This document shows, piece after piece, positions 12,621 through 25,169 of a stretch of 64,000 nucleotides of DNA. Each line of letters opens with the position of its first letter. Within the stretch, counting starts at the first letter, position 1. The notes under the pieces are model-generated. The model had not been told where the DNA came from, did no database searches, and saw only the letters and a list, made by a program, of their open reading frames with translations. Origin of the DNA: Chiloscyllium plagiosum (taxonomy: Eukaryota); contig NC_057755.1 in the NCBI RefSeq assembly GCF_004010195.1, forward strand, positions 474,399 to 538,398. Direction: 5' to 3'. The position numbers and the translations under genes were made by a program.

Positions 12621-13820
12621 GGGAGAAAACTTCATCCTCAGCCACCTTCCAGAACAAAGTATCCTGCTGGATTGGGGACCACTTATATGACCTTCAATAT
12701 TCGCTCCATCCATCATGAACACAAAATGGCAGCAGTGTGCACCTTCTCGAAGATGCATTGCCACAATTCACCTGGTTCCTTAGACCGCACATTCATAACC
12801 TGTAATTTGAAAGGTCTAGGGCATCAGATGAATGGGACCAACATCACTTGAAATTTTCATTCCAAGTGAGACACTACTACCACAAATTGATTCACAGTCG
12901 CTGTATCTAAATCCTGGTATTCCCTTTCTGTGTCCCACAATTGTGCAGTGGTTCAAGAAGGTAACGAGAGATTGGCAATTCACCACTTTCCAAAATACCT
13001 GTGCGTGGCAGGTTGTGTTTAGCTAGGGAGACTAAATAGGCCAGGACTCATCCCACCGCAGAAGAGATAAGGGTGAGGTTCACATCATAAAAGTATGTCA
13101 TATTATGAATATGATTGATGGTTGACACAGTATATGGAGAGTGGAGGCATTTATATGGAAATGAAAATCGTTACCAATAAATTATGAAGGTAATTCAGGT
13201 GAAACGTCTTTACTCCAGAGAGGTTTTGAATTTGGTTAAGTACATTAGGTTCACAACCAAAGGACTGGTTAAGAAGGAAACATGGATGAAAGCTGACTAA
13301 ACAAACAGAATGGTTATGGAAATACAGGGAAGAGAGGACGGACACACAACTTCTGAGCTGAATGGCCTGCGTCCATATTACAGACTCAAGGTGTTTAAAG
13401 TCACTTAGTTTTTAATCTCTGCACTCGATCAGCAGGCAACGACCAAATATGTCAGACTCAAAGTGCAATATTTCAGGAGTATTCAAATACACGTTTTAGT
13501 GCATCAGGATCCATCCAGGTGTATGTAGGTTTTCACAATGTACCAGGATCCTCCATGTAATACTGATACCTAACGTGATCAGCACGTTCATTTGACGAAA
13601 TAATCCAACTTCCACACATTTGCTGAATACAAGAGAAACCGTATGAGTTATAAGTTGAATTTATGCAAAATAGGTGAACTTCCAAACCAACTGGAATTAT
13701 GTTTCCCAGCTGTGAACATTAATTCTCAAATTTTGAATCATAAAACAAATGGCTAAAGTCCAACACACTGATGCACAGAAATGAAATATAATGATTTAAG
13801 ATTTCCATATTGTTAAGAAC

Positions 13821-13887
13821 CTTTCAGATCACTGGGTATTTCGGATATATTTCGGACCCTTATCCATATAATGAAACAGATCAGGAA
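13821..13887 (-). pseudogene. NLR linker mini-exon
   Basis: CAG|VPDLFHYMDKGP/ISEIPSDLK|GT. Phase-1 ends fit both neighbouring exons, and the 67-bp length implies a 1-nt frameshift. Confidence 0.65.
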
Positions 13888-13989
13888 CTGTTCAGACTAT
13901 TTAGATTTCATTAATTCGGATCTGTGTAAATCTGTGGCAAAATGTGAAGTGTTTCAAACTGGAAGAAATAGTGTGAGACTCTACTGTAC

Positions 13990-14160
13990 CACGTTCCTCT
14001 ATTTCTTTCAGCATTTTATCCAACTTTGGGATCCTGTGGTGCATTTTCACAAAGGATATCCACATCACGTTGGGTCTTAGAGCCTTCCTCCATCACAAGA
14101 TTTAGCAGAAGTCTGGAACTGTCTGCGCAATTTCCCTTTCCCACGAGGTTCAGTGTTTGT
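13990..14160 (-). pseudogene. NLR N-terminal domain exon (second half of a putative death-fold/CARD-like domain)
   Basis: TTTTCAG|...LVGKGNCADSSRLLLNLVMEEGS/VMWISFVKMHHRIPKLDKMLKEIEER|GT, frameshifted. Confidence 0.75.
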
Positions 14161-14939
14161 CTGAAAAGAATAATGATTAATAGACTGAGTAGTGGAGTTA
14201 AACATAAATATTGTGCATGATAAGGAAGGAATCTACTCAGCAATGGGATTTCCCAGTTATTTTGAACCTGGAAAGTAGTCACTTATCCTGATCTATGATG
14301 AATATGGTGAGTACACTGTAAACCTCTTCTGGAAAGATGGGATCATAAATACGCCATTTTGCCCTCGAGCATGGCATTTCCATTAACTGTACCTCAGAGT
14401 TCCTTTCAGGATAGTTACTGGGCAGTCTGATCAAGGGCAAAACAGTGAAGAACACTCCAACCTAATCTGTTCATCACTCAAAATCATGAGTCAAGTAAAC
14501 GATTGTTTTTCTGCAAAACTCTCCACTTGTTAGCCTCATATCTTGTGCAAAGGCACACGGTCATTGTTTAGGAGAACGACTATTTCAGCTCCAGTCAATG
14601 ACTGTAACGGTATCTCAGCACTGTGCCCTGAGACCAACTGTGTTCAACCATGTGCAGAAGCCCTGGATTGGGTTGACAAGTGAGAAGTGATGTTCATGAC
14701 ACAGAATTGTCAAGTGATCAGTTTCTGCATTAAGAACCCGATTTGCTGCCATCCTTTCCCATTCAAAGGCATGACCATCCCTGTCTCAGTCTCACTCTGA
14801 ACTTGATTCAAACTCAGTTACTGCTGATCAGGTACAGGTAGGGAGACGTGAAGAAGAACATAGACTTAGAGGGAACACAGATTTCAAGAAACCTGCTGTG
14901 GAAAGGTCACAGCACAGAAGAAGATAAGTGGAAAGAGGA

Positions 14940-16130
14940 TTCATGAGGGCGGAGCAGCAGATGTGGACTTCAGTAAGGCGTTTGACAAGGTTTCCCAAGG
15001 GAGAGTGGTGAGCAAGGTAAGATCTCATGGAATAAAGGGAGAACTCGCCTTTTGGTTAGAGAACGAGCTGAAAGGAAGAAGACAGGGAGTGGCGGTGAAG
15101 GGTTGTTTTTCAGACTGGAGGACTTTGACCAGTGGAATGCCAGAAGGATCGGTCCTGGGTCGACCACTTCTCATCATTTATATAAATGATTTGGATGTGA
15201 GCATAAGAGGTATAGTTAGTAAGTTTGCTGATGACACAAAAATTGGAGATGTCATGGACAGGGAAGAAGGTGACCTCATATTACAACGGAATCTTGATCA
15301 GATGGGCCAATGGGCTGAGAAGTGGCAGATGGAGTTTAATTCAGATGAATGCGAGGTGCTGCGATTTGGGAAAGCAAATCTTAGCAGGACTTATACACGT
15401 CATGGTAAGGTCCTAGGGAGCGTTGCTGAACAAAGGAACCTTGGAGTTCAGGTTCATAGCTCCTTGAAAGTGGAGTCGCAGATAGATAGGATAGTGAAGA
15501 AGGCGTTTGGTATGCTTTCATTTATTGGTCAGAGTATAGAGTACAGGAGTTGAGAGGTCATGTTGCAGCTGGACAGGACATTGGTTCGGCGACTGTTGGA
15601 ATATTGTGTACAATTCTGGTCTATTTCCTATTAGAAAGATGTTGTGAAACTTGAAAGAGTTCAGAAAACATTTAAAAGGATCTTGCCATGGTTGGAGGAT
15701 TAGTGCTATCGGGATAGGTTGAATGAGCTAGGGCTGTTTTCCCTGGAGAGTTGGAGGCTGAGGAGTGACCTTATAGAGGTTTATGAAATCATGAGGTGCA
15801 TGGATAGGATACGTAGACAACGTCTGTTCCCTGGGGTGGGGAAGTCCAGAACTATAGGTCATAGGTTTAGGGTGAGAGGCGAAAAATATATAACAGAGCT
15901 TAGGGACAACCTTTTCACTCAGAGGGTGGTATGTGTATGGAATGAGCTGCCAGACGAAGTGGTGGAGCCTAGTACTACATTTAAAAGGCAGCTGGATGGA
16001 TATGTGAATAGGACGGGTTTGGAGGGATATGGGCCAGGTGCTGGCAAGTTGGATTAGATTTGGTTGGGATATCTGGTTGGCATGAACAAGTTGGACGAAG
16101 GATCTGTTTCCGTGCTGTAGATCTCTATTT
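14940..16130 (+). mobile_element. CR1 LINE, RT to 3' end
   Basis: DFSKAFDKV, GMPEGSVLG and KFADDTKIG motifs plus a 3' tail. Confidence 0.92.
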
Positions 16131-16164
16131 GGACCAAGTGGTCTCCATCTGCTCCTTGCAGGAG

Positions 16165-16468
16165 CTGTGAGGGTTTGAATAGAACATAGGAACACAGGAC
16201 TGAGCAGCAGGTGTGGGCCATTAGATACTTTTTCACCGCTCCACCACGCATTCAGATCATGGGTGATGTGACTGTGTTCTCAGCAGCACTTTTCTGTATG
16301 TCCTGTCCAGCTGCAACTGTGAGGGTTTGAATAGAACATAGGAACACAGGACTGAGCAGCAGGTGTGGGCCATTAGATACTTTTTCACCGCTCCACCACG
16401 CATTCAGATCATGGGTGATGTGACTGTGTTCTCAGCAGCACTTTTCTGTATGTCCTGTCCAGCTGCAA
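16165..16468 (+). repeat. Tandem duplication, 2 x 152 bp
   Basis: CTGTGAGGGTTTGAATAG...CAGCTGCAA at 16165-16316 and 16317-16468, with no differences seen. Confidence 0.92.
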
Positions 16469-16813
16469 CATGACCTCTCAACTCCTGTACTCTATACTCT
16501 GACCAATAAAGGAAAGCATACCAAACGCCTTCTTCACTATCCTATCTATCTGCGATTCTTACTTTCAAAGAGCTATGAACCTGAACTCCAAGGTCCCTTT
16601 GTTCAGCAACGCTCCCTAGGACCTTACCATGACGTGTATAAGTCCTGCTACGATTTGCATTCCCAAATCGCAGCACCTCGCATTCGTCTGAATTAAACTT
16701 CATCTGCCACTTCTCAGCCCATTGGCCCATCTGATCAAGGTTCCGTTGTAATATGAGGTCACCTTCTTCACTGTCCATGACATCTCCAATTTTGGTGTCA
16801 TTAGCAAACTTAC
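16451..16813 (-). repeat. Inverted copy of CR1 segment 15218-15580
   Basis: Near-identical reverse complement that shares unusual variants (RTYTRHGKVLG, GGAGATGTCATGGAC, GCTGGACAGGACA). Confidence 0.88.
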
Positions 16814-16889
16814 TTTTCTGTCTGTATCCATTTTCTAATTCACTTGCCTGTCAAATGTCACCAAAAACAACTTTGAATAAATGCAAACA

Positions 16890-18346
16890 TCCAAACATCC
16901 AAATATCTAAAGGGAGGCAAATGTAATTATTCTCTTCAAGAACGAAAATAGGGAAATCCCCGGCAATTACAGATCATTCAGTCTCACGTCTGTCCTCTGC
17001 ACGGTGTTAGAAACGATTCTGAAGGATAGCATTTGTGACCATCTGGAAGAGCATGGCTTGATTAAATGCAGTCAGCACGGCTTTTTGAGGGGCACGTCAT
17101 GCCTCACAAATCTTATTGATTTCTTTGAGGACGTTACTGGACACGTTGATGAAGGTCCAGTGGTGGATGTGGTTTATATGGACTTCAGCAAGGCATTTGA
17201 TCAGATTCCCCATGGTCGGCTTGTTCTGAAGGTCAGGAGGAATGGGATACAGGGACATTTAGCTGTCTGGATACGGAATTGGCTGGTCGACAGAAGACAG
17301 CGAGTGGTATTGGAAGGAAGGTTTTCTGCTTGGAAGTCAGTAGTGAGTGGTGTTCCACAGGGCTCTGTTCTTTGGTCTGTACTCTTTGTAATTTTTATTA
17401 ATGATTTGGATGAGGAGATTGAAGAATGGGTTAGCAAGTTTTCAGACGACACAAAGGTTGGAGGTGTCGTTGACACCACAGAGGACTGTTGTAGGCTGCA
17501 GCGTGACATTGTCAGAATGCAGAGATGGACTGAGAGGTGGCAGATGGAGTTCAACCTGGATAAATGCGAAGTGATGCATTTTGGAAGGTCGAACTTGAAA
17601 GTTGATTACAGGATTAAAGACAGGATTCTTGGCAATGTGCAGGAACAGCGGGATCTTGGTGTGCAGTTACATAGATCCCTTAAAATTGCCACCCAAGTGG
17701 ACAGGGTTGTTAAGAAAGCCTATGGTGTTTTGGCTTTCATTAACAGGGGGATTGAGTTTAACAGCCGTGAGATCATGTTGGAGCTCTAGAAAATTTTGGT
17801 CAGGCCGCACTTGGAATACTGTGTCCAGTTCTGGTCGCCCTATTATAGGAAAAATGTGGATGCTTTGGAGAGGGTTCAGAGGAGGTTTACCAGGATGCTG
17901 ACTGGAATGGAGGGCTTATCTTACGAAGAGAGGTTGACTGAGCTCGGACGTTTTTCATTGGAAAAAAGATGGAAGGCAGGGGACCTAATTGAGGTGTACA
18001 ATATAATGAGAGTCATAGATAGAGTTGATAGCCAGAGACTTTTTTTATCCCAGAGCGGAAATTGTTAATACGAGGGGTCATAGTTTTAAGCTGTTTGGCG
18101 TTAAGTATAGATGGGATGTTAGAGGCGGGTTGTTTAGGCAAAGAGTTGTGAGAGCATGGAATTCGTTGCCAGCAGCAGTTGTGGAAGCGACGTCGTTGGG
18201 GATGTTTAAGGGACTGCTGGACATGCGTATGGTCACAGAAATTTGAGGGTGCGTTCATTAGGTTTACCTTACATGAGGATCAATGGTTGGCACAACATCG
18301 TGGGCTGAAGGGCCTGTTCTATGCTGTAATGTTCTATGTTCTATGA
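16890..18346 (+). mobile_element. CR1/HER1 LINE, RT to 3' tail
   Basis: ORF 17004-17789 with QHGF, YMDFSKAFD, GVPQGSVL and KFSDDTK, plus an (ATGTTCT)n tail. Confidence 0.93.
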
Positions 18347-18583
18347 CTCTATGATCCTGGAGGGCCACAGAAATAGTCTGGATTGAGGCCTTGAATGGAC
18401 TTAAACTGAAGGCAGGATATTTGAATGATAGCCATTTGAGCACCAGGAGCACTGAAGTTAAACTAGCAAAAGAATGAGAACTGAGTGGAAGTCAGGTGGT
18501 ATAGAGCTCATGCAAAAGAGCTTCGGACAATTGAAGTTTAATGTGCTCAAAGAAAAGTCTGTCACAGTATCACTGCAATTATT

Positions 18584-18926
18584 GGGGAGGCATTGCGCAA
18601 GTGGTAATATCGCCAGACTATTAATGTAAATCTGCGGGTAATGCTCTGGGGACCCGGGATCGAATCCCACCACAGCGGCTGGTGGCATTCAAACTCAGTA
18701 AAACCTGGAATTAAGAGTCTAATGATGACCATGATTCTATTTTTGATTGTTGGAAAAACCTATATGGTTCACTGATGTCCTTCAGGGAAGGAAACTGTCA
18801 TCCTTACCTAGTCTGGCCTACATGTGACCCCAAACCCACAGCAATGTGGTTGATTCTGAACTGCCCTCTGGGCAGTAAATGATGGCTTAGCCGGCGATGC
18901 CTCATCCCGTGAATGAGTAAAAAAAA
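18584..18926 (+). mobile_element. tRNA-derived SINE, SacSINE1/Deu-SINE-like
   Basis: tRNA-like head with GGATCGAATCCC B-box, core GGTTCACTGATGTCCTTCAGGGAAGGAAA...CCCACAGCAATGTGGTTGA, and CATCCCGTGAATGA-poly(A) end. The family name is from recall. Confidence 0.7.
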
Positions 18927-19202
18927 GCCTTATCACTTCGTGTGTCGAAGGCATGGATGGGTAATTCATCAGCTCACGGATTGAGAACAGAGAGACTGGA
19001 ATAATGTTGTGGAGGGAAAAGTAGCAATATTTGTGGTGCAGAGGATAAATAATTAAAAGATCAGTCCAAGAACTGAGAAGACAGAGATATTAAAGCTGAA
19101 TGCAGTTTCAGATTGAAGTTGGTGAGGAGAATTAATTGAAGTGATGAAGGGATTTTTTTTTTCTAACCTGAAGATATTGGTTATACCAATACTTAACAAG
19201 GC

Positions 19203-19510
19203 ATAGAATCTCGAGTGTGGAAGTACGCCATTCGTACCACTGAATCCACACCAGATCTCTGAACAACATTAAACACAAATCCACTCCCTCATTATACTCC
19301 GTAACCCTGCAATTCCCATGGCTAATCCATCTATCCTGCATATTCTTGGACACTATGGACAACTTAGCATGGGCAATCCACCTCACCTTCATATCTTTGG
19401 ACTGTGGGAGAAAACTGGTGCACCTCGAGAAAATCGACGCAGACACATGGAGAATGCACAAACTCCAGACAGACAGTTGTCTGAAGTAGACTTGAAAGTG
19501 GTGCTGTGAT
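19203..19510 (-). mobile_element. HE1-like SINE, degenerate
   Basis: CTTTGGACTGTGGGAGAAAACTGG...GCAGACACATGGAGAATGCACAAACTCCA. Confidence 0.75.
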
Positions 19511-20135
19511 GAAATCTGTTCGGCATGGACGAGTTGGATTAAATTGTCTGTTTCCATGTAATACAGTTGCATAACTCAATGATTCTAATAGAGGAACAGA
19601 CCCTTTGGGTCAACCAGTCCATTTCTCTGAAATGCTTCCAACATGTTTATATGTCAATCTCTCACCATTTACAATGTGTACTTCTTTATTCGTCCTTCCA
19701 AATAAGGCAATTGTACACTTTCCCACATCATACATTTACCACATCTTCGCTCACTCTTTTAACCTACTTATATTTCTTTGTAGGCTCCCCATGTCCTCTC
19801 CACAATTCAGTTTCCTACCCATTTTTATTTCATCAGCATACTTAGCTACTCTACCTCTGATTATTCCTACGCTCTGATTATTCTCTCGTTCAAAGAATAA
19901 TAAACGACAAAAGAGGTCTTTCAGCCCAAATAATCTGTACTACCAAACCACACACCAGCAACTACCTGAATCCCATTTTCCCACATTAGGTCCATAGCCC
20001 GGAAAATTATGACATTTCACATGTTCATGAAAGTACTTTGCAAAGGCTACACACTTCAACCACCCTCCCTAGCAATGTGTTCCAGGCCCTATCATCTTCT
20101 GGGTGAAAAAACCTTTCCTCAAGTTCTCTCATAAT

Positions 20136-20488
20136 GGAGGCGTTACGGTGGCTCAGTGGTTAGCACTGCTGCCCCACAGCGCCAGGAAACCGGGTTTGAT
20201 TCCAACCTTGGGCGACTGTCTGTGTGGTGTTTGCATGTTCTCCCCGTGTTTGCGAGTGCTCCGGTTTCCTCCCACACTCCAAAGAAGTGCAGGTTAGGTG
20301 GATTGGCCATGCTAAATTTCCCAAAGAGCTCAGAGATGTATAGGTTAGGTCCATTAGTCGTGGTGGGGAGGGGGGGGGGGTGAATAAATGCAAAATAATG
20401 GGGAATGAGTCTGGGTGGTACACTCTTCGGAAGATCGCTGTGTGCTTTTTGGGCCAAAGAGCCTGTTTCCACACTGTCAGGATTCTAC
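20136..20488 (+). mobile_element. HE1-like SINE inserted in a minus-strand CR1 3' fragment (about 19900-21150)
   Basis: ACGGTGGCTCAGTGGTTAGCACTGCTG head and GCCTGTTTCCACACTG tail. The flanks encode minus-strand LEYSLPFWS. Confidence 0.85.
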
Positions 20489-21371
20489 ATTAATAATCTC
20501 ACAATCTTCAACATCTCCACCAGATCCCCCTCTGCTCGAAAGGAAAAACAAAACTGAGCTTCTCCAAGTTCTCTTTATCACTGAAATGTACTGCACTCAG
20601 CAACATTCTGGTGGAGTCCTCTTCTAGTGCAATCACATCCTTCCTACAGTGTTGTGACCAGAACGGCAGACTGTACTCCAGTGATAGCCCAACCATAGCG
20701 TTTCCCTGCTCCTAGAATTTATTCCTTGACTGATAAAGTCAAGTGTCTCATATGACTTCTGAACAAGCCGATCAACCTGCCCTCCGTTCTTCTGTGTACA
20801 AACATTTTAAGATTCTTTCCATTCACAGAGTACTCACAGTTATCATTCCTTTTATAGTCTTCTTAATTCTTCCAAAGCACATCACCTTGATCAGGGTTAC
20901 ATTCCAATCTGCCACTGAGCTGCGCATTTGATCAAGCTGTATATCTCCTCATGGAACCTAACACCTTGCTCTTCATTGTTCTGAACAACTGACATTCGTT
21001 TTATCATCTGCAAATTTACTTATCATACCCCAACATTCTCATCTACATCATCTTTAGATATCACAAACAATAACAGACCCAAGCATTGATCCCTGTTGAC
21101 CAACTAAGCTTCTATCCATGCCAATATGTTACCACCCAGACCTTGAAGATTTGGTTCAGAGTCACTAGTGTTTTCTTACTTCAGGTCTGGGTTTTTTCTG
21201 GATGAACTGATGATTGTGATTGATTAGTAACTCCAACATTATTACAGCATGAGGCTATCAGGATGTTTGAAAACTTTGGTCTTTTTCTTCATCCAGCATT
21301 TCCTTTGTTGCTATTCTGCCAGTTTTGTGGTAGTTATATAATTGGAACTATTCTATGTCCCTTCCACTTAC

Positions 21372-21532
21372 TGAATGTTCTTTTCCACTGAAAATGCTCT
21401 CAAATGTTAACAATGAGCTGAGGCCATCCACCCCTTCTTCAATTGCATCTTCAAATCTATCCTACTAGAATTTCACCTTCCGGAATAGTTGGTAGCTTTA
21501 ATACTCTCTCAAGAACTTAGTAATTTTGGAAT
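21372..21532 (-). pseudogene. NLR N-terminal domain exon (first half)
   Basis: CCAG|SKITKFLREY*SYQLFRKVKF**DRFEDAIEEGVDGLSSLLTFESIFSGKEHS|GTAAGT, with three in-frame stops. Confidence 0.72.
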
Positions 21533-21984
21533 CTGGACATGTGAGCACAAACATAAATAAAACTGTATACCCAATCAGTTATCATTCCTTTTATATTGAG
21601 TAACTGAATATACGTGTGAACCATATTATCAGCACTGTCTTCAGATCTGTACGATCTACCTGTTTCTACACTTCAAAATTGGTCATATTTGTCAAACATG
21701 ACTTATCTGTGTCACCACCCCTGATCATCCCCTACACCACAAACTTTTGACTACTTTATCATTGAAAGACAAATTCCAGAGGTTCCGATGAAGCATCCCT
21801 TTTATTCAACTTATAATAATTCCTGAACATCTGACAAAACTCATCACAGACAGGGAAAACATTGGAACAAAGAAAGTGCAGATTCCTAATATCGGAGCCC
21901 AGCTCACAAACAGATCAGACGTCATGAAATGCACGATGACTACAGAGGTGCTAAATGCAACTCTCCATTTCTCAATGGGCGGGT

Positions 21985-22605
21985 AAGACACTGATCTCAC
22001 TGGGGTGTCACACACTGGTTGATTTTACTGGGGGTATCACGCACTATCAGATCACACTTGGGGAGGTCACGCACTATCTGATCTCACTGGGGAAGGGGTC
22101 ACACACTGATCTCACTGGGGGAGTCATACACTGTCTGATCACACTGTGGACGTCACACACCGTCTGATTACACTGTGGGGGTCACAAACTTTCTGATCAC
22201 ACGAAGGGAGGGGTTACAAGCCGATCTCACTGGGGGGTTACACACTGTCTGATCACACTGGGAGGAGTCACATACTGTCTGCTCTCACTGGAGGGGGTAC
22301 ATACTGTGTGTTCTCACTGGAGGGTTACACACAGTCTGATTTCACTGGGGGATTACCCACTGTCTGATCTCACTGGTGGGCAACACACTGTCTGATCCCA
22401 CTGGGGGGGGGGGTCTCAACACTGTCTGATCTCACTGAGGGGTCACACACAGTCTGATCTCACTGGCGGGTCTCACAATGTCTGATCTCACTGGGGGTTC
22501 ACTCACTGTCTGATCTCACTGATGGTGGTCACACACGGTCTGATCTCACTGGGGTGTCACACACTGTCTGATCTCACTGGGGGGGGCACATAGTGTCTGA
22601 TCTCG
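21985..22605 (+). repeat. Minisatellite, about 28-bp unit CACACTGTCTGATCTCACTGGGGGGGT, about 20 degenerate copies
   Basis: Directly visible tandem repetition of TGATCTCACTGG. Confidence 0.95.
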
Positions 22606-22779
22606 GGGAGGCGGGGAGGGGTAATAAATTCGGATGTTTATAATTTGGTTCCAAAGCCGCACTCGGACCTCCTTTCGCAGTGCGTGGGTTAAACATGGGA
22701 CTTTCATACAATAAATCATCACATTGTTCATCCAATAAACCATTCACTGACACTCTAATTGTGAAGATTAAGTAAATTT

Positions 22780-23160
22780 CTCACCGTCACCAAAGAGCAA
22801 AACACTGAAATTTTCCATCTCTGGTCACTGCGCATGCTCGATAGTGGTTTAGCGCACGCGCACTCAGTCCCAGAATCGGCCGTTGACCATCCCACGCAAC
22901 CATGGGTGCGTTGGCGGACATACGCACCTTACTGGTTTTAACTTTTTCCACGCCAGTCCAACACCGGCACCTCCAAATCTTCACAGATCCCTGTTGTTTT
23001 CTCGCGAGCGGTGTGGCTCGCGCAGAATCAGATGAACGGCGAGCCCACGCGATGCTTCGGGTGAGGTTTCAGTGCGCGTCTCTCCCGATTTGTTTCCACA
23101 AGCGCCAATTAGTCCCGTTCAACCAGTAGACAATTGGATCACTTTAAGCGTCACGTTATC
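22780..23160 (-). promoter_or_regulatory. CpG-rich patch, candidate promoter/first non-coding exon of the NLR
   Basis: Many CpG/GCGC sites in an otherwise CpG-poor region, an NRF1-like TGCGCATGCTC at 22829-22839, and a minus-strand donor-like G|GTGAGA near 22785. Confidence 0.4.
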
Positions 23161-23359
23161 TGGGTGTTTTAACCCGGGAATGTTGTCATTGCTGCGCTGA
23201 GTGGCTAATTCTTTCTGGAGAGATTTCAGTTTTAAACTTGGATTGCAATCAATGTTGGGGTGGCTTGAAGGAAGACCAGAGGAAGGTACAAGAATGGTCC
23301 ATAGTACAGTCAGGGCGTTCAGCAGAGTAATTCAGTTTGAAATTAGAAATTTGAGTCAA

Positions 23360-24105
23360 AGAAATTTGCAGCACAGAAAACGGCCCTTCAGCCCATTGTG
23401 TCAAAAACAACCACTTGCCTATTCTCGTGCAATTTTCCAGCTCATAGTCCATGGGCATTAGTGTCCCTTGGCATCACACATGCATATCTCAATACTTAAT
23501 AAATATTAAAAGAATTTCTGCCTCTACCACCCTTATAGGCAGCCAGTTTCAGATTCCAACTACGCTTTAGGTGAAAAATAATTTTATCACATCTCTAAAC
23601 CTTCTGCCCCGTAATTTTAATCGAATTCGCTTGGTTATTCATTCAATTTAAAGAGGAAAAGTTTTTAATTCTATCTGCGCTATCTCTACCCCTCATAATT
23701 TTGTACACCTCAGTCAGGTACCCCTGAGCTTCTGTGATCCAAAACAACCCAGGTCCCCCTGAGCTTCTCTGATCTAAAACAATCCAAGCCTCTCTAGTCT
23801 CACTTCAGAGGTGAAACACTCGAGCCCTCGTCAATCTGCCTTGTGCCCTTCATTGAACATAGAACATAGAACAATACAGCACAGAACAGGCCCTTCGGCC
23901 CACGATGTTGTGCCGAACATTTGTCCTAGCTTAAGCACCCATCCATGTACCTATCCAATTGCCGCTTAAAGGTCACCAAAGATTCTGACTCTACCACTCC
24001 TACTGGCAGCGCATTCCATGCCCCCACCACTCTCTGGGTAAAGAAACCACCCCTGACATCTCCCCTATACCTTCCACCTTCACCTTAAATTTATGTCTCC
24101 TTGTG
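23360..24105 (-). mobile_element. Two CR1 3' fragments (older 23360-23850; younger 23855-24105)
   Basis: (AGAACAT)n tail and ACAGGCCCTTCGGCCCACGATGTTGTGCCG at 23855-23915. Confidence 0.8.
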
Positions 24106-25169
24106 AAAATTCCTTGTGATTTTTTTTAAGGATGGCGGCGGCAGCAGGTTAGGCAGCGTTTGGGCCCCTGAACTTGTTTATTTTCAATCACGAGGCCAAT
24201 TGCATCCTTCTTTCTACTTTTCTCTTTTGACGTGTTCTTTTCTTCCTTTTGGTGGTGACACTGAAGTAACACGGCATCTGTGGCATCGGTGGTGGCAGCA
24301 TTGTGGGTCAAGTATTGGAATCCTGGCAACAGCAGCAAGTAGGCCCAAATACGCAAACCAATTATTTTGATTGATGACATTCAATTGGTGTTAATGAGAC
24401 AGTGGATCGGAGATACAAAGTCAGGAAGCTTTCAGGGCTCACTGGCAAATCAAATGAAGCCAGGGAGATATGCAAACGTTTATTGAATATTGAATGGGGT
24501 TTGATGATACACTGCCACAAGGCTTTGTGTGCAAGTATATACCAGAATTTCAGTAGAATTGTTCTTGAGACAAATAAGCTCCAACGGTTGGCTCAATTTA
24601 AAGGAATACATTAAAATACCGAATAATGTCTGGTGTAACACCCTTCCTGAAATAGAAACTCCATTAAATATATGCTAATTACGTTGTTAAATCAAACTAC
24701 TGCTAAACCTGCATACTCAGAAATGACCATGATAACGAGCTAAAACATCCATTTAAGTCTGAGGGATCCCACACACATTCCAGAGAACATTGGGACCAAA
24801 AAGCAGAAACCTTCAGAGTAGGAAGAACAGCTCCAACTCCAGTTCGATGAGCTGCAATCATGGTGGTATACACATTTTAATATCATCTTCTCCCAAAGCA
24901 GTTTTAAACTGCCATAGACATTTCAGAACTGCAACTCATGTTATTAGAGAAAAAGGCCAGTTTTGTAAAGTTGTACATTCTGAATTTCAGAAATATTAAA
25001 TGACGTCTTGTGGTCAACCACATCTCATTAGTGTAAAACAAGGCCCACTAAGTAAAAAAATAGATCAGATCATACGAAAATGAAGCTCACAGGCGATATT
25101 GTCAATGGCTATGGGGAAATGGCAAACATGTTGTTTAATTATTTTATCTCAGCATTTACAGGAGGGAAA

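Larger units (their letters stand above)
9968..21532 (-). pseudogene. Multi-exon NACHT-LRR (NLR; NLRP3/NLRC3-like) immune receptor pseudogene
   Basis: Four exons with canonical AG/GT boundaries: 21532-21372, 14160-13990, 13887-13821 and 11713-9968. All four carry stops or frameshifts. Confidence 0.82.

Noticed and set aside
21695..21775. Possible first coding mini-exon of the NLR (…GMIRGGDT)
   Set aside because: The donor would be ATAAGT rather than GT and the exon contains a stop, so it is too weak to call.
21985..22605. CRISPR-like array of ~28-bp repeats
   Set aside because: The units are contiguous with no unique spacers and there are no cas genes. The context is vertebrate, so this is a minisatellite.
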